Source: Dehalococcoidia bacterium
GTDB lineage: Bacteria > Chloroflexota > Dehalococcoidia > Lucifugimonadales > UBA3495
Reading direction: 5' to 3'
DNA length: 64,000 bases
Assembly: GCA_963665395.2 (NCBI GenBank)
Contig: OY762251.1
Coordinates: 3,483,448 to 3,547,447 of the forward strand
The first letter of the stretch is position 1. Every line of letters begins with the position of its first letter. A program made the position numbers and the translations under genes. Under the pieces are notes generated by a model. That model did no database searches. It had not been told where the DNA came from and saw only the letters and a list, made by a program, of their open reading frames with translations. Below are positions 1 to 10,167 of the stretch, one piece after another.

Positions 1-1
1 G

Positions 2-649
2 TTGTCGTCGGACCCCTTTTTCATTGAGAAGGTGCGCGATATCGTGGGTCTGTACCAGGACCCGCCGGACCGGGCCCTGGTACTGTGCGTGGACGAGAAG
101 TCTCAAATCCAGGCGCTGGATCGCACCCGTCCGCTGTTGCCCCTGCGTCCGGGACAGGTGGAACGACGCACCCATGATTACCTGCGCCACGGCACGGTGT
201 CCCTCTTTGCCGCTTTGGATACCCAGAGCGGCAAGGTCATTGGCCGCTGCCACCAACGCCACCGGTCGGTGGAGTTTCGCAAGTTCCTCGATACCATCGA
301 GGCGGAAGTGCCCCCTGACTTGGACGTCCACCTGATCATGGACAACTACGCCACCCACAAGACGGCGTTGATCCGCAATTGGCTGGCCAAACGGCCCCGT
401 TTCCACTTGCACTTCACCCCGACCAGCGCGTCCTGGCTGAACCTGGTGGAACGATGGTTTGCGTTGCTGACGGAGAAGCAGTTGCGTCGCGGAGTGCACC
501 AGAGCAGCGGCGAGCTCGAAGCCGCCATCTACCGCTACCTGGACATCACCAACGAAGACCCCAAGCCCTTTGTCTGGACGAAGACTGCTGACCAGATCCT
601 GGCCAACGTCGCGCACTTTTGCCAGCGAACTTTGAATACAGGACACTAG
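2..649 (+). CDS. IS630-family DDE transposase, C-terminal 215 aa (5' end outside window)
   Basis: The frame is open from the window edge. Typical IS630/Tc1-mariner motifs are present: [38 protein letters not shown]. Confidence 0.85.
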   Translation: MSSDPFFIEKVRDIVGLYQDPPDRALVLCVDEKSQIQALDRTRPLLPLRPGQVERRTHDYLRHGTVSLFAALDTQSGKVIGRCHQRHRSVEFRKFLDTIEAEVPPDLDVHLIMDNYATHKTALIRNWLAKRPRFHLHFTPTSASWLNLVERWFALLTEKQLRRGVHQSSGELEAAIYRYLDITNEDPKPFVWTKTADQILANVAHFCQRTLNTGH

Positions 650-1042
650 CGAGGTTTGGGAATGACTCCGTAATCAGGCTCGTCCAGCTGGACATAGCCA
701 TTGCGTTTGCCCCACTCCAGCCAGGATGCCTGCATCGCGTCTATCTTGCCGTAGTCCGATGGAGCCACCGGATTCTACCCCGGTGATGTCATGCAACGCC
801 AGGAGCCAGTGTCCGCTACCCCTCTGCATCCTTTGCAGAATTAGCGGCACGGCCGGCCAACCCATTTGCAGGACTTCCTGGTAGGCCGGGTATCGGGCTG
901 CCCGTGATGACGATGACAGCAGTACGGTGTCATGTTCCCATTGAACGGCCAATTCCTCAAACCGCTTTCGGGCAGACGGTCCGATCTCCACCACGTTGGC
1001 CACGGCTTCGCCCTGGCGGCGCGCGTCAGATTGCTGATTCAT
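646..1042 (-). pseudogene. Small conserved hypothetical protein with an apparent 1-nt frameshift near 770-780
   Basis: The ORF 674..1042 reads well to ...HWLLALHDITGV and then becomes low-complexity. A second frame continues as [40 protein letters not shown] and stops at 646-648, overlapping the transposase stop codon. Confidence 0.35.
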
Positions 1043-1128
1043 AATGCCATCCTCTCAACTCACACCATGGTAGCACGCGGCGATTCGTTGCGCCAACGCA
1101 ACCGCTGCCCCCAACGCAGACACAAGCG

Positions 1129-1200
1129 GCCCCGCCCCAGGGGGCAAGGCCGCGCCGCCCCGCGCCAGGCGTAGATTGGGTTGCGCCGCCGGCCGGCGCC
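1129..1200. repeat. About 70-bp direct repeat, copy 1 (gccccgccccagggggcaaggcc...gggttgcg...gccgcc)
   Basis: Aligns by eye with 1605..1675. The two copies flank the CDS 1204..1530. Confidence 0.6.
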
Positions 1201-1203
1201 GCG

Positions 1204-1530
1204 TCAGATCCGGGTAATGATGATGCTGAGCACCGTTACGATGATGCCGGCTACGATGACGCCCCCAATCCAGCGGTTTTCCCGCCGGATGCTGGCGTCG
1301 TTGGCGTTCATCTCCCCCCGCAAGGCGTTTATCTCCTCGCGCAAGGCGGTGTCGTTGGCGTTCATCTCGCCGCGCAGGTCTCGCATCTCGCCGCGCAGGT
1401 TTCCGATCTCGCCGCGCAGGGTTTGCAGGCGTTGCGAAATTTCGGCGAAGCTTTCGACGTAATCGCCCAGCCGCTGGTTGACTTGTTCGTAGGCGCCTTC
1501 CATTCGGCTGATGCGGCTTTCGGGGGTCAT
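1204..1530 (-). CDS. Coiled-coil protein with C-terminal transmembrane anchor
   Basis: Internal ATG at 1530 (MTPESRISRMEG...). Heptad-like repeats LRGEIGNLRGEMRDLRGEMNAND occur twice. The hydrophobic tail is WIGGVIVAGIIVTVLSIIITRI. Confidence 0.6.
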   Translation of the reverse strand: MTPESRISRMEGAYEQVNQRLGDYVESFAEISQRLQTLRGEIGNLRGEMRDLRGEMNANDTALREEINALRGEMNANDASIRRENRWIGGVIVAGIIVTVLSIIITRI

Positions 1531-1604
1531 AGTGCGCTCTTTGTGGGGACTGCAACATCGTGTTCGGCTGATTATACCAACCCGTCCGCCCCGCCGTCGG
1601 CCTC

Positions 1605-1675
1605 GCCCCGCCCCAGGGGGCAAGGCCTCGCCGCGCCGGGCGTGGGTTGGGTTGCGTTGCGCCGCCGCCGGACGC
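1605..1675. repeat. About 70-bp direct repeat, copy 2
   Basis: Same sequence family as 1129..1200. Confidence 0.6.
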
Positions 1676-1678
1676 TCG

Positions 1679-2460
1679 CTACTCGTTGACCGTCGCCGCC
1701 ACCTTAAACACCAGGGCCTCCGTACCGGCTATTACCAAGTCCTGCCAACTGCCGTTGTTGGTTTTTCGCTTCCCCTGGTTGGCGATGCTCCAGCCGGCCC
1801 CGGATGGCGTATTGACCTCATCATCGTAGGTCGCGGTTGCCGCCGGAGTCGGCGGCGTGAATCGCCACAGTCATGCCGGTGGGCGAGCCGGCGGCTACAC
1901 TGTACACCGAAAGGGTAACGTCCCGCAGCGTATAGCCGTTGCTGGCGGACCCGGTGGTGAAGGCATTGGCCGACACGTAGTTACTGGTTCCGGCTTGGCC
2001 GGCAGGGACATCGAGCAAGCCTCCCCACCGGGGGGCAGGTGTAGGTGTAGTCGCCGGCGGTGTCCGGGTTGTCGCCGCTGAGTGTGGCGGGTGCGACGCT
2101 TGTTACCGGCCCCTTGCCGTCGCCGAAGTTGACGGTGTCCGAGGCGCGCAGTGTCACGACGATGTCGCCCAACGCAGCACCTGAATTTGGGTTCCCGAGT
2201 GAAAGTTTCGCGTCGGTGAGCGTGTAGCCGCCAGTCTCGCCGCCGGTGGTGAAACCCACGGCGCAAATGCTCGTTCAGTTGATGTTGCACTTGTCATCCT
2301 TGTTCTCACCCAGGTTGCTGACGGTCACAAGCGGCGGGGCGCTTGGCGAGATGGTCCACTGGCTGGTCAACGTTCCCGAAACCGACCGGACGGCGAAAAG
2401 GCGCCGTTCTTGTTCCAGTTCCAGCTGAAGCGGGCGTCCAGATACAACCCGGCCCGCCTA
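1679..2460 (-). pseudogene. Fragments of a repeat-domain (secreted or surface-like) protein broken by several frameshifts
   Basis: Protein-like segments lie in three different minus frames: FTTGGETGGYTLTDAKLSLGN, FTTGSASNGYTLRDVTLSVYS, and the C-terminus ATYDDEVNTPSGAGWSIANQ...VAATVNE with stop at 1679-1681. Confidence 0.3.
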
Positions 2461-2719
2461 ATGACGGACGACGCGCCCCTCACGCCTGCCCCATAAATTG
2501 GCCGACTTATGGGGCACACGCAACATACAAATGACCGGGATGGCGCGATTGCCCGGGAAATTAAGCAGGGATTCCCTTGACCGGCATTCGGGTGTATCAT
2601 TGCTAGGGTTTTACCCTCACATGGATGCTTTGCGTCCTTCTTTCGTGTCCGGGCCTGTAGCCGAACCATCCTTGGCAACCCGAGGCGGCCCGTGGAACCT
2701 GCTTGCTAAGGAGAAGATC

Positions 2720-4948
2720 ATGCCTGAAGCTGCCAAGATCATCTACACCGAAACCGATGAGGCTCCGTACCTCGCCACGCACTCTCTGCTTCCGATTCTC
2801 CAGGCTTTCACCAAGAGTTCGGGCATTGAGTTGGAGACGTGGGACATTTCGCTGTCGGGGCGCACCATCGCCAATTTCCCCGACAACCTGACGGAAGAGC
2901 AGCGGATCCCAGACTACCTGCGCATGTGCGGGGAGCTGTGCCTGGAGCCATCGGCGAACCTGGTCAAGCTGCCCAACATCAGCGCGTCGATTCCCCAGCT
3001 GAAAGCGACGATTGCGGAATTGCAGGGCAAGGGGTATGACATTCCCGACTATCCCGACCAGCCGTCCAACGACGCGGAACGTGAAGTCCAGGCCCGCTAT
3101 TCCAGGGTGCTGGGCAGCGCGGTCAACCCGGTGATTCGCGAAGGGAACTCCGACCGCCGCTCCTCGAATGCGGTCAAGGAGCATGGCCAGCGCAATCCCC
3201 ATCGAATGATGCAGGATTGGCCGGAAGTCTCCAAGACCCGGGTCGGCCACATGACCGATGGCGACTTCTTCAGCAGCGAGGTGGCCGTTACCACCACGGA
3301 AGCCGGGTCGGCAACCATCGAATTCGTCGCCGGCGACGGGAGCGTCACGGAGCTCAAATCCGGCATTCCACTGCAAGCCGGCGAGATTCTCGACTGTGCG
3401 GTTATGAACGTCAACGCCTTGCGCCGGTTCTATGCTCAACAGATGGACCAGGCTAAAGCGGACGACCTCCTGCTGGGCCTGCACGTCAAGACCACCATGA
3501 TGCGGGTGTCCGACCCCATCATCTTCGGGCATCTGGTGTCGGTTTTCTTCCAGGAGGTGTTCGACAAGCACGCCGACGCGCTGGCCCAGGTGGCGGTGGA
3601 CCCCGACAACGGCGTGGCCGAGTTGCTGACCAAGATCCAAGGGCTGCCGGAAGACAAGCGCGCCGAGATCGAGGCCGACATTCAGGCAGCTTATGACAGC
3701 CGCCCGGATCTGATGATGGTGAACTCCTACCGGGGCATCACCAACCTGCACGTGTCCAGCGACACCATCATCGACGCCTCCATGCCCGTGGTCATCCGCG
3801 ACGGCGGGCGCACCTGGGGCCCGGACAACGAGCTGCACGACACGATAGCCCTGATCCCCGACCGCTCCTACGCCACCATCTATCAGGCGGTGGTAGAAGA
3901 CTGCCAGGAGAACGGCGCCCTGGATCCGGCGACCCTGGGCAGCGTGGCCAACGTTGGCCTGATGGCGCAAGCGGCGGAAGAATATGGTTCCCACGACAAG
4001 ACCTTTGAAGCTCCGGGCAACGGGACGATCCGCGTCGTCGATGCCTCAGGCGCGACCCTGATGGAGCAGAGCGTGGAGACGGGCGACATCTTCCGGATGT
4101 GCCAGACCAAGGACATTCCAATTCAGGACTGGGTGAAGCTTGGCGTGACCCGCTCCAGGCTTACCGGCCAGGCCGCCATCTTCTGGCTGGACGCCAACCG
4201 CGCCCACGACGCCGAGCTGATTAAGAAGGTGGAGCAATACCTGCCCGACTATGACACCAGCGGGCTGGAGATCAGCACCATGCCCCCGGTCGAAGCCATG
4301 AGGGCCACCGTCGCCCGCAGCCGGGCCGGCCTGGACACCATCGCGGTGACCGGCAACGTATTGCGCGACTATCTCACCGACCTGTTCCCCATCCTGGAGC
4401 TGGGCACCAGCGCCAAGATGCTCTCGGTGGTTCCGCTGCTCAACGGCGGCGGGATGTTCGAGACCGGCGCCGGCGGGTCGGCGCCCCGGCACGTACAGCA
4501 GTTCGTTGAGGAGGGGCACCTGCGCTGGGACTCGCTGGGCGAGTTCTGCGCCCTGGTGGCGTCCTTCGAGCACTTCGGCGAGGTTTATGACAACGACGGC
4601 GCCAGGCTGCTTGCGGAGACGCTGGACCAAGCCATCGGGGAGCACCTGGAGAACCAGCGGAACCCTTCCCGCCGGGTGAACGAACTGGACACCCGGGGCA
4701 GCCACTTCTACCTGGCGCTCTACTGGGCGCAAGCGCTGGCCAAGCAGGACAAGAACCCGGAGCTGAAGGCCCGTTTTGCTGAAGTGGCCAAACAGATGAC
4801 CGAAAGCGAGGAAAAGATCATCCAGGAGCTGATCGACTGTCAGGGCCAGCCCATGGACATCGGCGGCTACTACCGGCCCGACAACGACATGGCGGCCCAG
4901 GCCATGCGCCCCAGCGCCACTTTGAATGCCATCATCGACGGGATCTAA
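2720..4948 (+). CDS. icd: NADP-dependent isocitrate dehydrogenase, monomeric type (742 aa)
   Basis: RBS aaggag lies 7 nt upstream of ATG 2720. The N-terminus [26 protein letters not shown] and the ~740-aa length are typical of monomeric IDH. Confidence 0.9.
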   Translation: MPEAAKIIYTETDEAPYLATHSLLPILQAFTKSSGIELETWDISLSGRTIANFPDNLTEEQRIPDYLRMCGELCLEPSANLVKLPNISASIPQLKATIAELQGKGYDIPDYPDQPSNDAEREVQARYSRVLGSAVNPVIREGNSDRRSSNAVKEHGQRNPHRMMQDWPEVSKTRVGHMTDGDFFSSEVAVTTTEAGSATIEFVAGDGSVTELKSGIPLQAGEILDCAVMNVNALRRFYAQQMDQAKADDLLLGLHVKTTMMRVSDPIIFGHLVSVFFQEVFDKHADALAQVAVDPDNGVAELLTKIQGLPEDKRAEIEADIQAAYDSRPDLMMVNSYRGITNLHVSSDTIIDASMPVVIRDGGRTWGPDNELHDTIALIPDRSYATIYQAVVEDCQENGALDPATLGSVANVGLMAQAAEEYGSHDKTFEAPGNGTIRVVDASGATLMEQSVETGDIFRMCQTKDIPIQDWVKLGVTRSRLTGQAAIFWLDANRAHDAELIKKVEQYLPDYDTSGLEISTMPPVEAMRATVARSRAGLDTIAVTGNVLRDYLTDLFPILELGTSAKMLSVVPLLNGGGMFETGAGGSAPRHVQQFVEEGHLRWDSLGEFCALVASFEHFGEVYDNDGARLLAETLDQAIGEHLENQRNPSRRVNELDTRGSHFYLALYWAQALAKQDKNPELKARFAEVAKQMTESEEKIIQELIDCQGQPMDIGGYYRPDNDMAAQAMRPSATLNAIIDGI

Positions 4949-4982
4949 CAACGATCCGATTTGACTGAGGAGCGCTCACTAG

Positions 4983-5927
4983 ATGCGAAGCAAAGTAACC
5001 GTAGTCGGCGCCGGCAACGTGGGCGCCACCACCGCCCAACGCGTCCACCAGCTTGGCTACGCCGACGTAGCGCTGGTTGACGTGGTTGAAGACCTGCCCC
5101 AGGGCAAAGGGCTGGATATGCTGGAATCGGGTCCCGTAATCGGTTCCGACGCGCTGATTACCGGCTCCAACGGCTATGAGGAGACGGCCGGCTCCGACGT
5201 GGTGGTGATCACGGCCGGCATCGCTCGCCGGCCGGGGATGAGCCGGGACGACCTGTTGCTGACCAATATGCGGATTACGTCGGCGGTTACAGAGGAAGTG
5301 GTTCGCCATTCGCCGGACTGCATAATCCTGGCGGTGACCAACCCGCTGGACGCGATGGTGCAGAATGTGTACCAGACGGCCGGTTTCCCCCGCAACCGGG
5401 TTTTCGGCATGGCCGGCGTGCTGGACACCGCCCGTTACCGGACGTTCATCGCCCAGGAGCTTGACGTGTCGGTGGACGACGTTCAGGCCATGGTGCTGGG
5501 CGGCCACGGCGACGACATGGTTCCCCTGGTGCGGTACACCACCGTAGGCTGCATTCCGGTTACGGAACTGCTGTCGCAGGACCGCATCGACTCCATCGTG
5601 CAGCGCACGCGGGACGGCGGCGGCGAGATCGTCGCGCTGCTGAAACAGGGATCGGCGTTCTACGCGCCGTCGGCGGCGATCACGCAGATGGTGGAATCGA
5701 TCCTGTTGGACCGAAAGCGCATCCTCCCCGGTTGCGCTTACCTGGAAGGTGAATACGGGATCAACGGTCTTTGCGTCGGTGTACCCGTGAAGATCGGCGC
5801 CGGCGGCATGGAGCAGGTCATCGAGATCAGCCTGACCGATGAGGAACAGGCGGCGCTACAGTCGTCCGCCGCGTCGGTGCAGGAACTGGTGGACGTGATG
5901 GCCAATGCCAAGGCTGAGGCGCAATAG
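4983..5927 (+). CDS. mdh: Malate dehydrogenase (LDH-like, NAD-dependent)
   Basis: Rossmann motif [12 protein letters not shown], plus [15 protein letters not shown] and [10 protein letters not shown]. Confidence 0.9.
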   Translation: MRSKVTVVGAGNVGATTAQRVHQLGYADVALVDVVEDLPQGKGLDMLESGPVIGSDALITGSNGYEETAGSDVVVITAGIARRPGMSRDDLLLTNMRITSAVTEEVVRHSPDCIILAVTNPLDAMVQNVYQTAGFPRNRVFGMAGVLDTARYRTFIAQELDVSVDDVQAMVLGGHGDDMVPLVRYTTVGCIPVTELLSQDRIDSIVQRTRDGGGEIVALLKQGSAFYAPSAAITQMVESILLDRKRILPGCAYLEGEYGINGLCVGVPVKIGAGGMEQVIEISLTDEEQAALQSSAASVQELVDVMANAKAEAQ

Positions 5928-5964
5928 CCGCTGCGAATTCAGGCGCGGCCAGCGGGATTGGCTC

Positions 5965-5995
5965 GGGGCGGGTTTGAAACCCGCCCCTACTTTTT
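5965..5995 (+). terminator. Rho-independent terminator after mdh
   Basis: Stem ggggcgggttt/aaacccgcccc followed by tac+ttttt. Confidence 0.7.
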
Positions 5996-6046
5996 GCGGC
6001 ACTCTGTATAATGACTAACATACCCAACCACCCACGGGAGGCCAGC

Positions 6047-7342
6047 ATGAGTCAGCGCACGCCACTGGAACGGGAACTACTGGAGAAAGCGGCCAGATAT
6101 ATGCCCGGAAGCAGCAACGGCAACACCAGATACCCGGACGCGCTGGATTTCCTGGTGAAAGAAGGCAAGGGAGGTCGGATTTGGGACGTGTCGGGCAACG
6201 AATACGTTGACTGGCTGATGGGTTCGGGGCCGATGATTTTGGGGCACGCCCATCCGGCGGTGACGGATGCGGCGCTGTCGGCAGTCAGCCGGGGTTCCAC
6301 GTTCTTCGCCAACAACGACCAGGCGGTGCTGCTGGCGGAAGAGTTGGTCAAGGCGGTGCCGTGCGCCGAGAAGGTGCGTTTCACCACCAGCGGGACGGAC
6401 GCGACTTTTCAGGCGATGCGGGCGGCCCGCGCCTATACCGGCAAGGAGAAAATCCTCAAGTTTGAGGGCGGTTACCACGGGACGCACGACTACGCCATGA
6501 TGTCCGTCTTCGCGTCGGCCGGAGTAGAGTTTCCACAGGCCGAGGCCAATACCGCCGGTATTCCCGATGCGTTGAGCGATCTCGTGCTGGTGTCCCAGTT
6601 CAACGACCTGGACACCACTGCCGCGATTGTGGCCGCGCATAAGGACGAAATAGCGGCAATCATTGCGGAACCGCTACAGCGCACCATCGCTCCCGAACCC
6701 GGTTTCCTGGAGGGCCTGCGCAAGATAACCGCCGACGCCGGAATACTGCTGATATTCGACGAGATCGTCACCGGGTTCCGACTGGCCTACGGCGGGGCGC
6801 AGGAATACTACGGCGTCACGCCGGACCTTTGTACGGTGGGCAAAATCATGGGCGGTGGGTATCCGCTGGCGGCGCTGATGGGAAGCGCCGAAGTCATGTC
6901 GGTGTACGACCGGGGAGCCGTGGCGTCGGAGAGTTATGTTGACCAGATTGGCACGCTGAACGGCAATCCCATAGCTTGCGCGGCTGGCTTGGCGACGTTG
7001 ACCGAGTTACGGAAAGACGGGGTGTACGAGCGACTGCACGAAGTGGGCGGCAGCATCCGCCGCGCGCTGGCCGACGCCTGCGAAGGGCAGGGGTTCGCGG
7101 TGCAGAGCGTAGGCGAGGACGGCATCTTTGACATCTTCTTCGCCGAACGCCCGGTGCGGAACTACCGCGACGGACTGGCGGCGGACAGCGCGCCCCTCGC
7201 CAAGCTGAACGCCGGCCTGTTGGAGCGCGGGGTGCTCAAGTCCTGGCCGCAGAAGTTCTATCCGTCGGTCGTGCACACCGATGAGGACATCGACCGCACC
7301 ATCGAGGCGATACGCGAGGTTGCGCCGACGCTGCGGAATTAA
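6047..7342 (+). CDS. Class-III (PLP) aminotransferase, glutamate-1-semialdehyde aminomutase-like
   Basis: RBS gggagg precedes ATG 6047. Motifs YVDWLMGSGPMILGHAHP, FDEIVTGFRL and TVGKIMGGGYP (PLP lysine context). Confidence 0.8.
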   Translation: MSQRTPLERELLEKAARYMPGSSNGNTRYPDALDFLVKEGKGGRIWDVSGNEYVDWLMGSGPMILGHAHPAVTDAALSAVSRGSTFFANNDQAVLLAEELVKAVPCAEKVRFTTSGTDATFQAMRAARAYTGKEKILKFEGGYHGTHDYAMMSVFASAGVEFPQAEANTAGIPDALSDLVLVSQFNDLDTTAAIVAAHKDEIAAIIAEPLQRTIAPEPGFLEGLRKITADAGILLIFDEIVTGFRLAYGGAQEYYGVTPDLCTVGKIMGGGYPLAALMGSAEVMSVYDRGAVASESYVDQIGTLNGNPIACAAGLATLTELRKDGVYERLHEVGGSIRRALADACEGQGFAVQSVGEDGIFDIFFAERPVRNYRDGLAADSAPLAKLNAGLLERGVLKSWPQKFYPSVVHTDEDIDRTIEAIREVAPTLRN

Positions 7343-7355
7343 GGGAGCGCGCGTT

Positions 7356-7733
7356 ATGGTAACGAAAGAACGTACACAAGCCATCGAGGCCTTGTTTGAG
7401 GCGTCAGACCGGGCTTTTGACGCCGGCGACAATAAGCTCGGCTCGCTGAAGCTGTGGGAAGCGGCGGAATGCGCGCTGTCAATCGCGGCAGACGAGCGCG
7501 GCTGGCGTTGTCAAACCGTAGAAGATCACTTCTACATTCTCAAGCAGCTGAAATCCGAAAGTGGGCAAAGGGACGACGTTGACCTGCTGGATTCCACTTA
7601 CCAAACGGCGGGTTATTTTCGGAACAACGCCGATTACGATTTCATGGAGGACTACGTGATCAGAGGGGGAAGACCTCTGGTGCGCCAATTCGTAGATGGG
7701 TTGCTGAACATCGCAAGGCAATCCCCCAGATGA
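7356..7733 (+). CDS. Helical PaREP1/HEPN-like protein (tentative)
   Basis: RBS aagggag precedes ATG 7356. Motif KLWEAAECALSIAADERGWRCQTVEDHFYILKQL resembles the PaREP1-type pattern (EKAW.AA...A..RGW...SH). Confidence 0.55.
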   Translation: MVTKERTQAIEALFEASDRAFDAGDNKLGSLKLWEAAECALSIAADERGWRCQTVEDHFYILKQLKSESGQRDDVDLLDSTYQTAGYFRNNADYDFMEDYVIRGGRPLVRQFVDGLLNIARQSPR

Positions 7734-8095
7734 CTTACCATGATCATATTCGCGCGGCGTTTCGCTTCCTGGAGATTGCCGGCATCTTCAGCGTGGAGCA
7801 GGACCCCATGGCGAAATCGGAAATGCTCTGGTGTGCAGCAGCCCATGTCGTAAAGGCAGCCATCATACAACGGCAGTGGCGAAACCTCAGCCATCGCAGG
7901 CATGAACAACTGTTTGACGCAGCGGCTGAGATTAACGACACCCTTGGCATTCCTGGAGCGTATAGCGATTTCATCATCGCTGACAGACTGCACCAAAATA
8001 TGTACGAGGCTTTTATGAGAGAGGATGAAATAGCCGATGCAGAACGCCGGGTACGCGAGTTCGTCAACCGCGTAGCGAACGCAGTGACTGGCTGA
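7730..8095 (+). CDS. Helical PaREP1/HEPN-like protein (tentative), translationally coupled to 7356..7733
   Basis: ATGA start/stop overlap with the upstream gene. Motif MLWCAAAHVVKAAIIQRQWRNLSHRRHEQLFD includes R-x6-H. Confidence 0.55.
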   Translation: MTYHDHIRAAFRFLEIAGIFSVEQDPMAKSEMLWCAAAHVVKAAIIQRQWRNLSHRRHEQLFDAAAEINDTLGIPGAYSDFIIADRLHQNMYEAFMREDEIADAERRVREFVNRVANAVTG

Positions 8096-8118
8096 CAACT
8101 CAATGGGGAGCAGCAATA

Positions 8119-8142
8119 AGGGGCGGGTTTCAGCCCGCCCCT
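8119..8142. terminator. Bidirectional hairpin between convergent genes
   Basis: Stem ggggcggg/cccgcccc with loop tttcag. Confidence 0.5.
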
Positions 8143-8170
8143 TCGCGTTTCGCAATTCTGTCAGTGATGG

Positions 8171-9052
8171 CTATCGCCGCGCTCCCGCTTTCACCTCCAG
8201 CGGCCCGGTGCTGATGATGTGCTTGCGCATCCCCAACTCGGCGGGGGTCATGCCCATGGCCAGGCCGATGAGCTGGGGCATATGGAGGATGGGCAGGTCT
8301 ATCGAGCGGCGGGCCTGGGAGGCCGCTTTAGGCTGGAAGCCGTCCAGGTTGAGGTGGCACAGGGGGCAGGGGGTTACCATGGCGTCGGCGCCCAGGTCTT
8401 TGACTTCGGAAGTGTGCTTGCCTACCATGGCCATGGAGTTGCGCTCGTTGATGGTCAGGATGGGGAATCCGCAGCAGCGGGTTTTGCCCTCAAAGTCCAC
8501 CAGCGTGGCGCCCAGGGTTTCAATCAGCATTTCCAGGGATTGCTGGCGTTCCGGGTGGTCGGCGATGTCCAGGGCCTCGGTGGGCCGGACGATGTAGCAG
8601 CCGTAGAAGGGGGCGATTTTCACGTCGGTGAGTTGGCGGGTGATGTAGCCGCCGAGCCGGTCCAGGCCGTAGTCCTCAATCAGAATCCAAAGCAGGTGTT
8701 TGGGTTCGGAGTTGCCGCTGTATTCAAGCCCTTCCTCGGCCAGGTAGGAGTTGATTTCAGCCAAGTATTCGGGGTTCCGCATCCGGTGGTTGGCCTGGGA
8801 CATGACGCCCTGGCAAGTGCTGCAAATGGTCAGGACGGGCAGGCCCATCCGCTCGGCCTTGGCGAAGTTGCGGGCGTTGAGCGTATCGCCGAATAGCTGG
8901 TTCTTCTCCTGGATGACGCCGGCGCCGGTGCAGGTCCAGCCGGGTATTTCCTCCAGTTCGATGCCCAGCCGCTGGCAGACCAGGCGGGCGGCGGGGTAGA
9001 GTTCGGGCGCGCCACCCTGGGATACGCAGCCCGGAAAGAAAGCGTACTTCAC
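8171..9052 (-). CDS. HdrB-like CCG-domain subunit (SdhE-type subunit of non-classical succinate dehydrogenase/fumarate reductase)
   Basis: GTG start with RBS ggagga. Cys-rich CCG-type motifs FFPGCV, TCTGAG, CSTCQG, CCGFP, CPLCH. Lies downstream of sdhA/sdhB. Confidence 0.75.
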   Translation of the reverse strand: MKYAFFPGCVSQGGAPELYPAARLVCQRLGIELEEIPGWTCTGAGVIQEKNQLFGDTLNARNFAKAERMGLPVLTICSTCQGVMSQANHRMRNPEYLAEINSYLAEEGLEYSGNSEPKHLLWILIEDYGLDRLGGYITRQLTDVKIAPFYGCYIVRPTEALDIADHPERQQSLEMLIETLGATLVDFEGKTRCCGFPILTINERNSMAMVGKHTSEVKDLGADAMVTPCPLCHLNLDGFQPKAASQARRSIDLPILHMPQLIGLAMGMTPAELGMRKHIISTGPLEVKAGARR

Positions 9053-9082
9053 TGGTTCCTCCTCTTGGTTCCGACTGGCAAG

Positions 9083-9110
9083 GGTAGGGGCGAATAATCA
9101 TTCGCCCCTA
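9083..9110. repeat. GTAGGGGCG...CGCCCCTAC hairpin repeat (intra-operon)
   Basis: Palindrome gtaggggcgaat-aatc-attcgcccctac. Related copies lie at 33191 and 40217. Confidence 0.7.
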
Positions 9111-9153
9111 CGTTTGACGCCTTGGTGTTGCGCGGCGGGCACACTCCCTTCGG

Positions 9154-10164
9154 CTAGCCGAAGGCGGAGTTGTTGCTGACCCGGGGGGGCGGGGGTTCCG
9201 GTTCCATCCGCTGGAACAGACGCCGGACGGCCTCCACGTTGTCAACGTTCTTGTGGGCGAGGGGCGGCATTTTGCCGCGCCGCATGGCGCGGAAGGCTAC
9301 GGGCATATAGCTCATCAGAGCCGGCATATTGGTGAACCCGCCGACGGATTTGATGGGCAGGCGCAGCTCGTCGAGGCGGCCGCTGTGCCCCACCGATTCG
9401 GTGAAAGCGTCGGTGTGGCGCGCGCCGTTGTTGTTGTCGTAGCCCTGCTGGATGGCCTGCTCGCGCATGGCCATGATGCGGTCCATGGGGGCGACGCCTT
9501 TGGGGCAGACCTGGACGCATTCGTTGCAGCGGGTGCAGTCCCAGATGCCGGTGGGTTCGCTGAGGCCCCACAGGCGTTCCATGGACACGCCCTCGGCGTC
9601 GCCGTCGCGGGGGTCGGCGGTGAAGCGGTACGCCTTGGCCAGCGCGGCGGGTCCCAGGAAGGTGGGGTCAACCTCCAGGACGGTGCAGTCGGAGACGCAG
9701 GCGCCGCACATGATGCAGGCGGTGACGCCGGACAGGTGGAGCATGGCGTCGTTGGAAACGATGTACTCGCCCTCAGGTTCCTGGCCCACGTGCTTCAAGT
9801 AAGGATCGACGGCCTCGATTTTCTCCCAGAACAGATCGAAGTTGACGACCAGGTCCTTGATGACGGGCATCACTCCGGCGGGTTCGACGGTGATGACGCC
9901 GTCCTGAACCACCGTGTTGGCGATGGTTTTGCAGGCCAGGCCGGCGTGGCCGTTGATGCGCATGGCGCAGGAACCGCAGATGGAACTGCGGCAGGAGCAA
10001 CGCAGGGACAGAGTCCCGTCGTCGTCCTCTCGTATCTGAATCAGCGCGTCGAGGACGGTGGCGTTGTCCGCAACGGTGACCGGATACTCCTGCCAATAGG
10101 GCATCCGGCCCTGGCCCGTGGGAGCCTCCGGGTCCTGTCGCTTTACCCTAATAGTGACGTCCAT
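9154..10164 (-). CDS. sdhB: Succinate dehydrogenase/fumarate reductase iron-sulfur subunit with C-terminal extension
   Basis: 2Fe-2S motif CRSSICGSCAM plus two 4Fe-4S-type motifs CIMCGACVSDC and CTRCNECVQVCP. Confidence 0.85.
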   Translation of the reverse strand: MDVTIRVKRQDPEAPTGQGRMPYWQEYPVTVADNATVLDALIQIREDDDGTLSLRCSCRSSICGSCAMRINGHAGLACKTIANTVVQDGVITVEPAGVMPVIKDLVVNFDLFWEKIEAVDPYLKHVGQEPEGEYIVSNDAMLHLSGVTACIMCGACVSDCTVLEVDPTFLGPAALAKAYRFTADPRDGDAEGVSMERLWGLSEPTGIWDCTRCNECVQVCPKGVAPMDRIMAMREQAIQQGYDNNNGARHTDAFTESVGHSGRLDELRLPIKSVGGFTNMPALMSYMPVAFRAMRRGKMPPLAHKNVDNVEAVRRLFQRMEPEPPPPRVSNNSAFG

Positions 10165-10167
10165 AGC

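Noticed and set aside
2603-3994. 463-aa minus-strand ORF (also 4046..4951)
   Set aside because: It is antisense to the monomeric isocitrate dehydrogenase gene.
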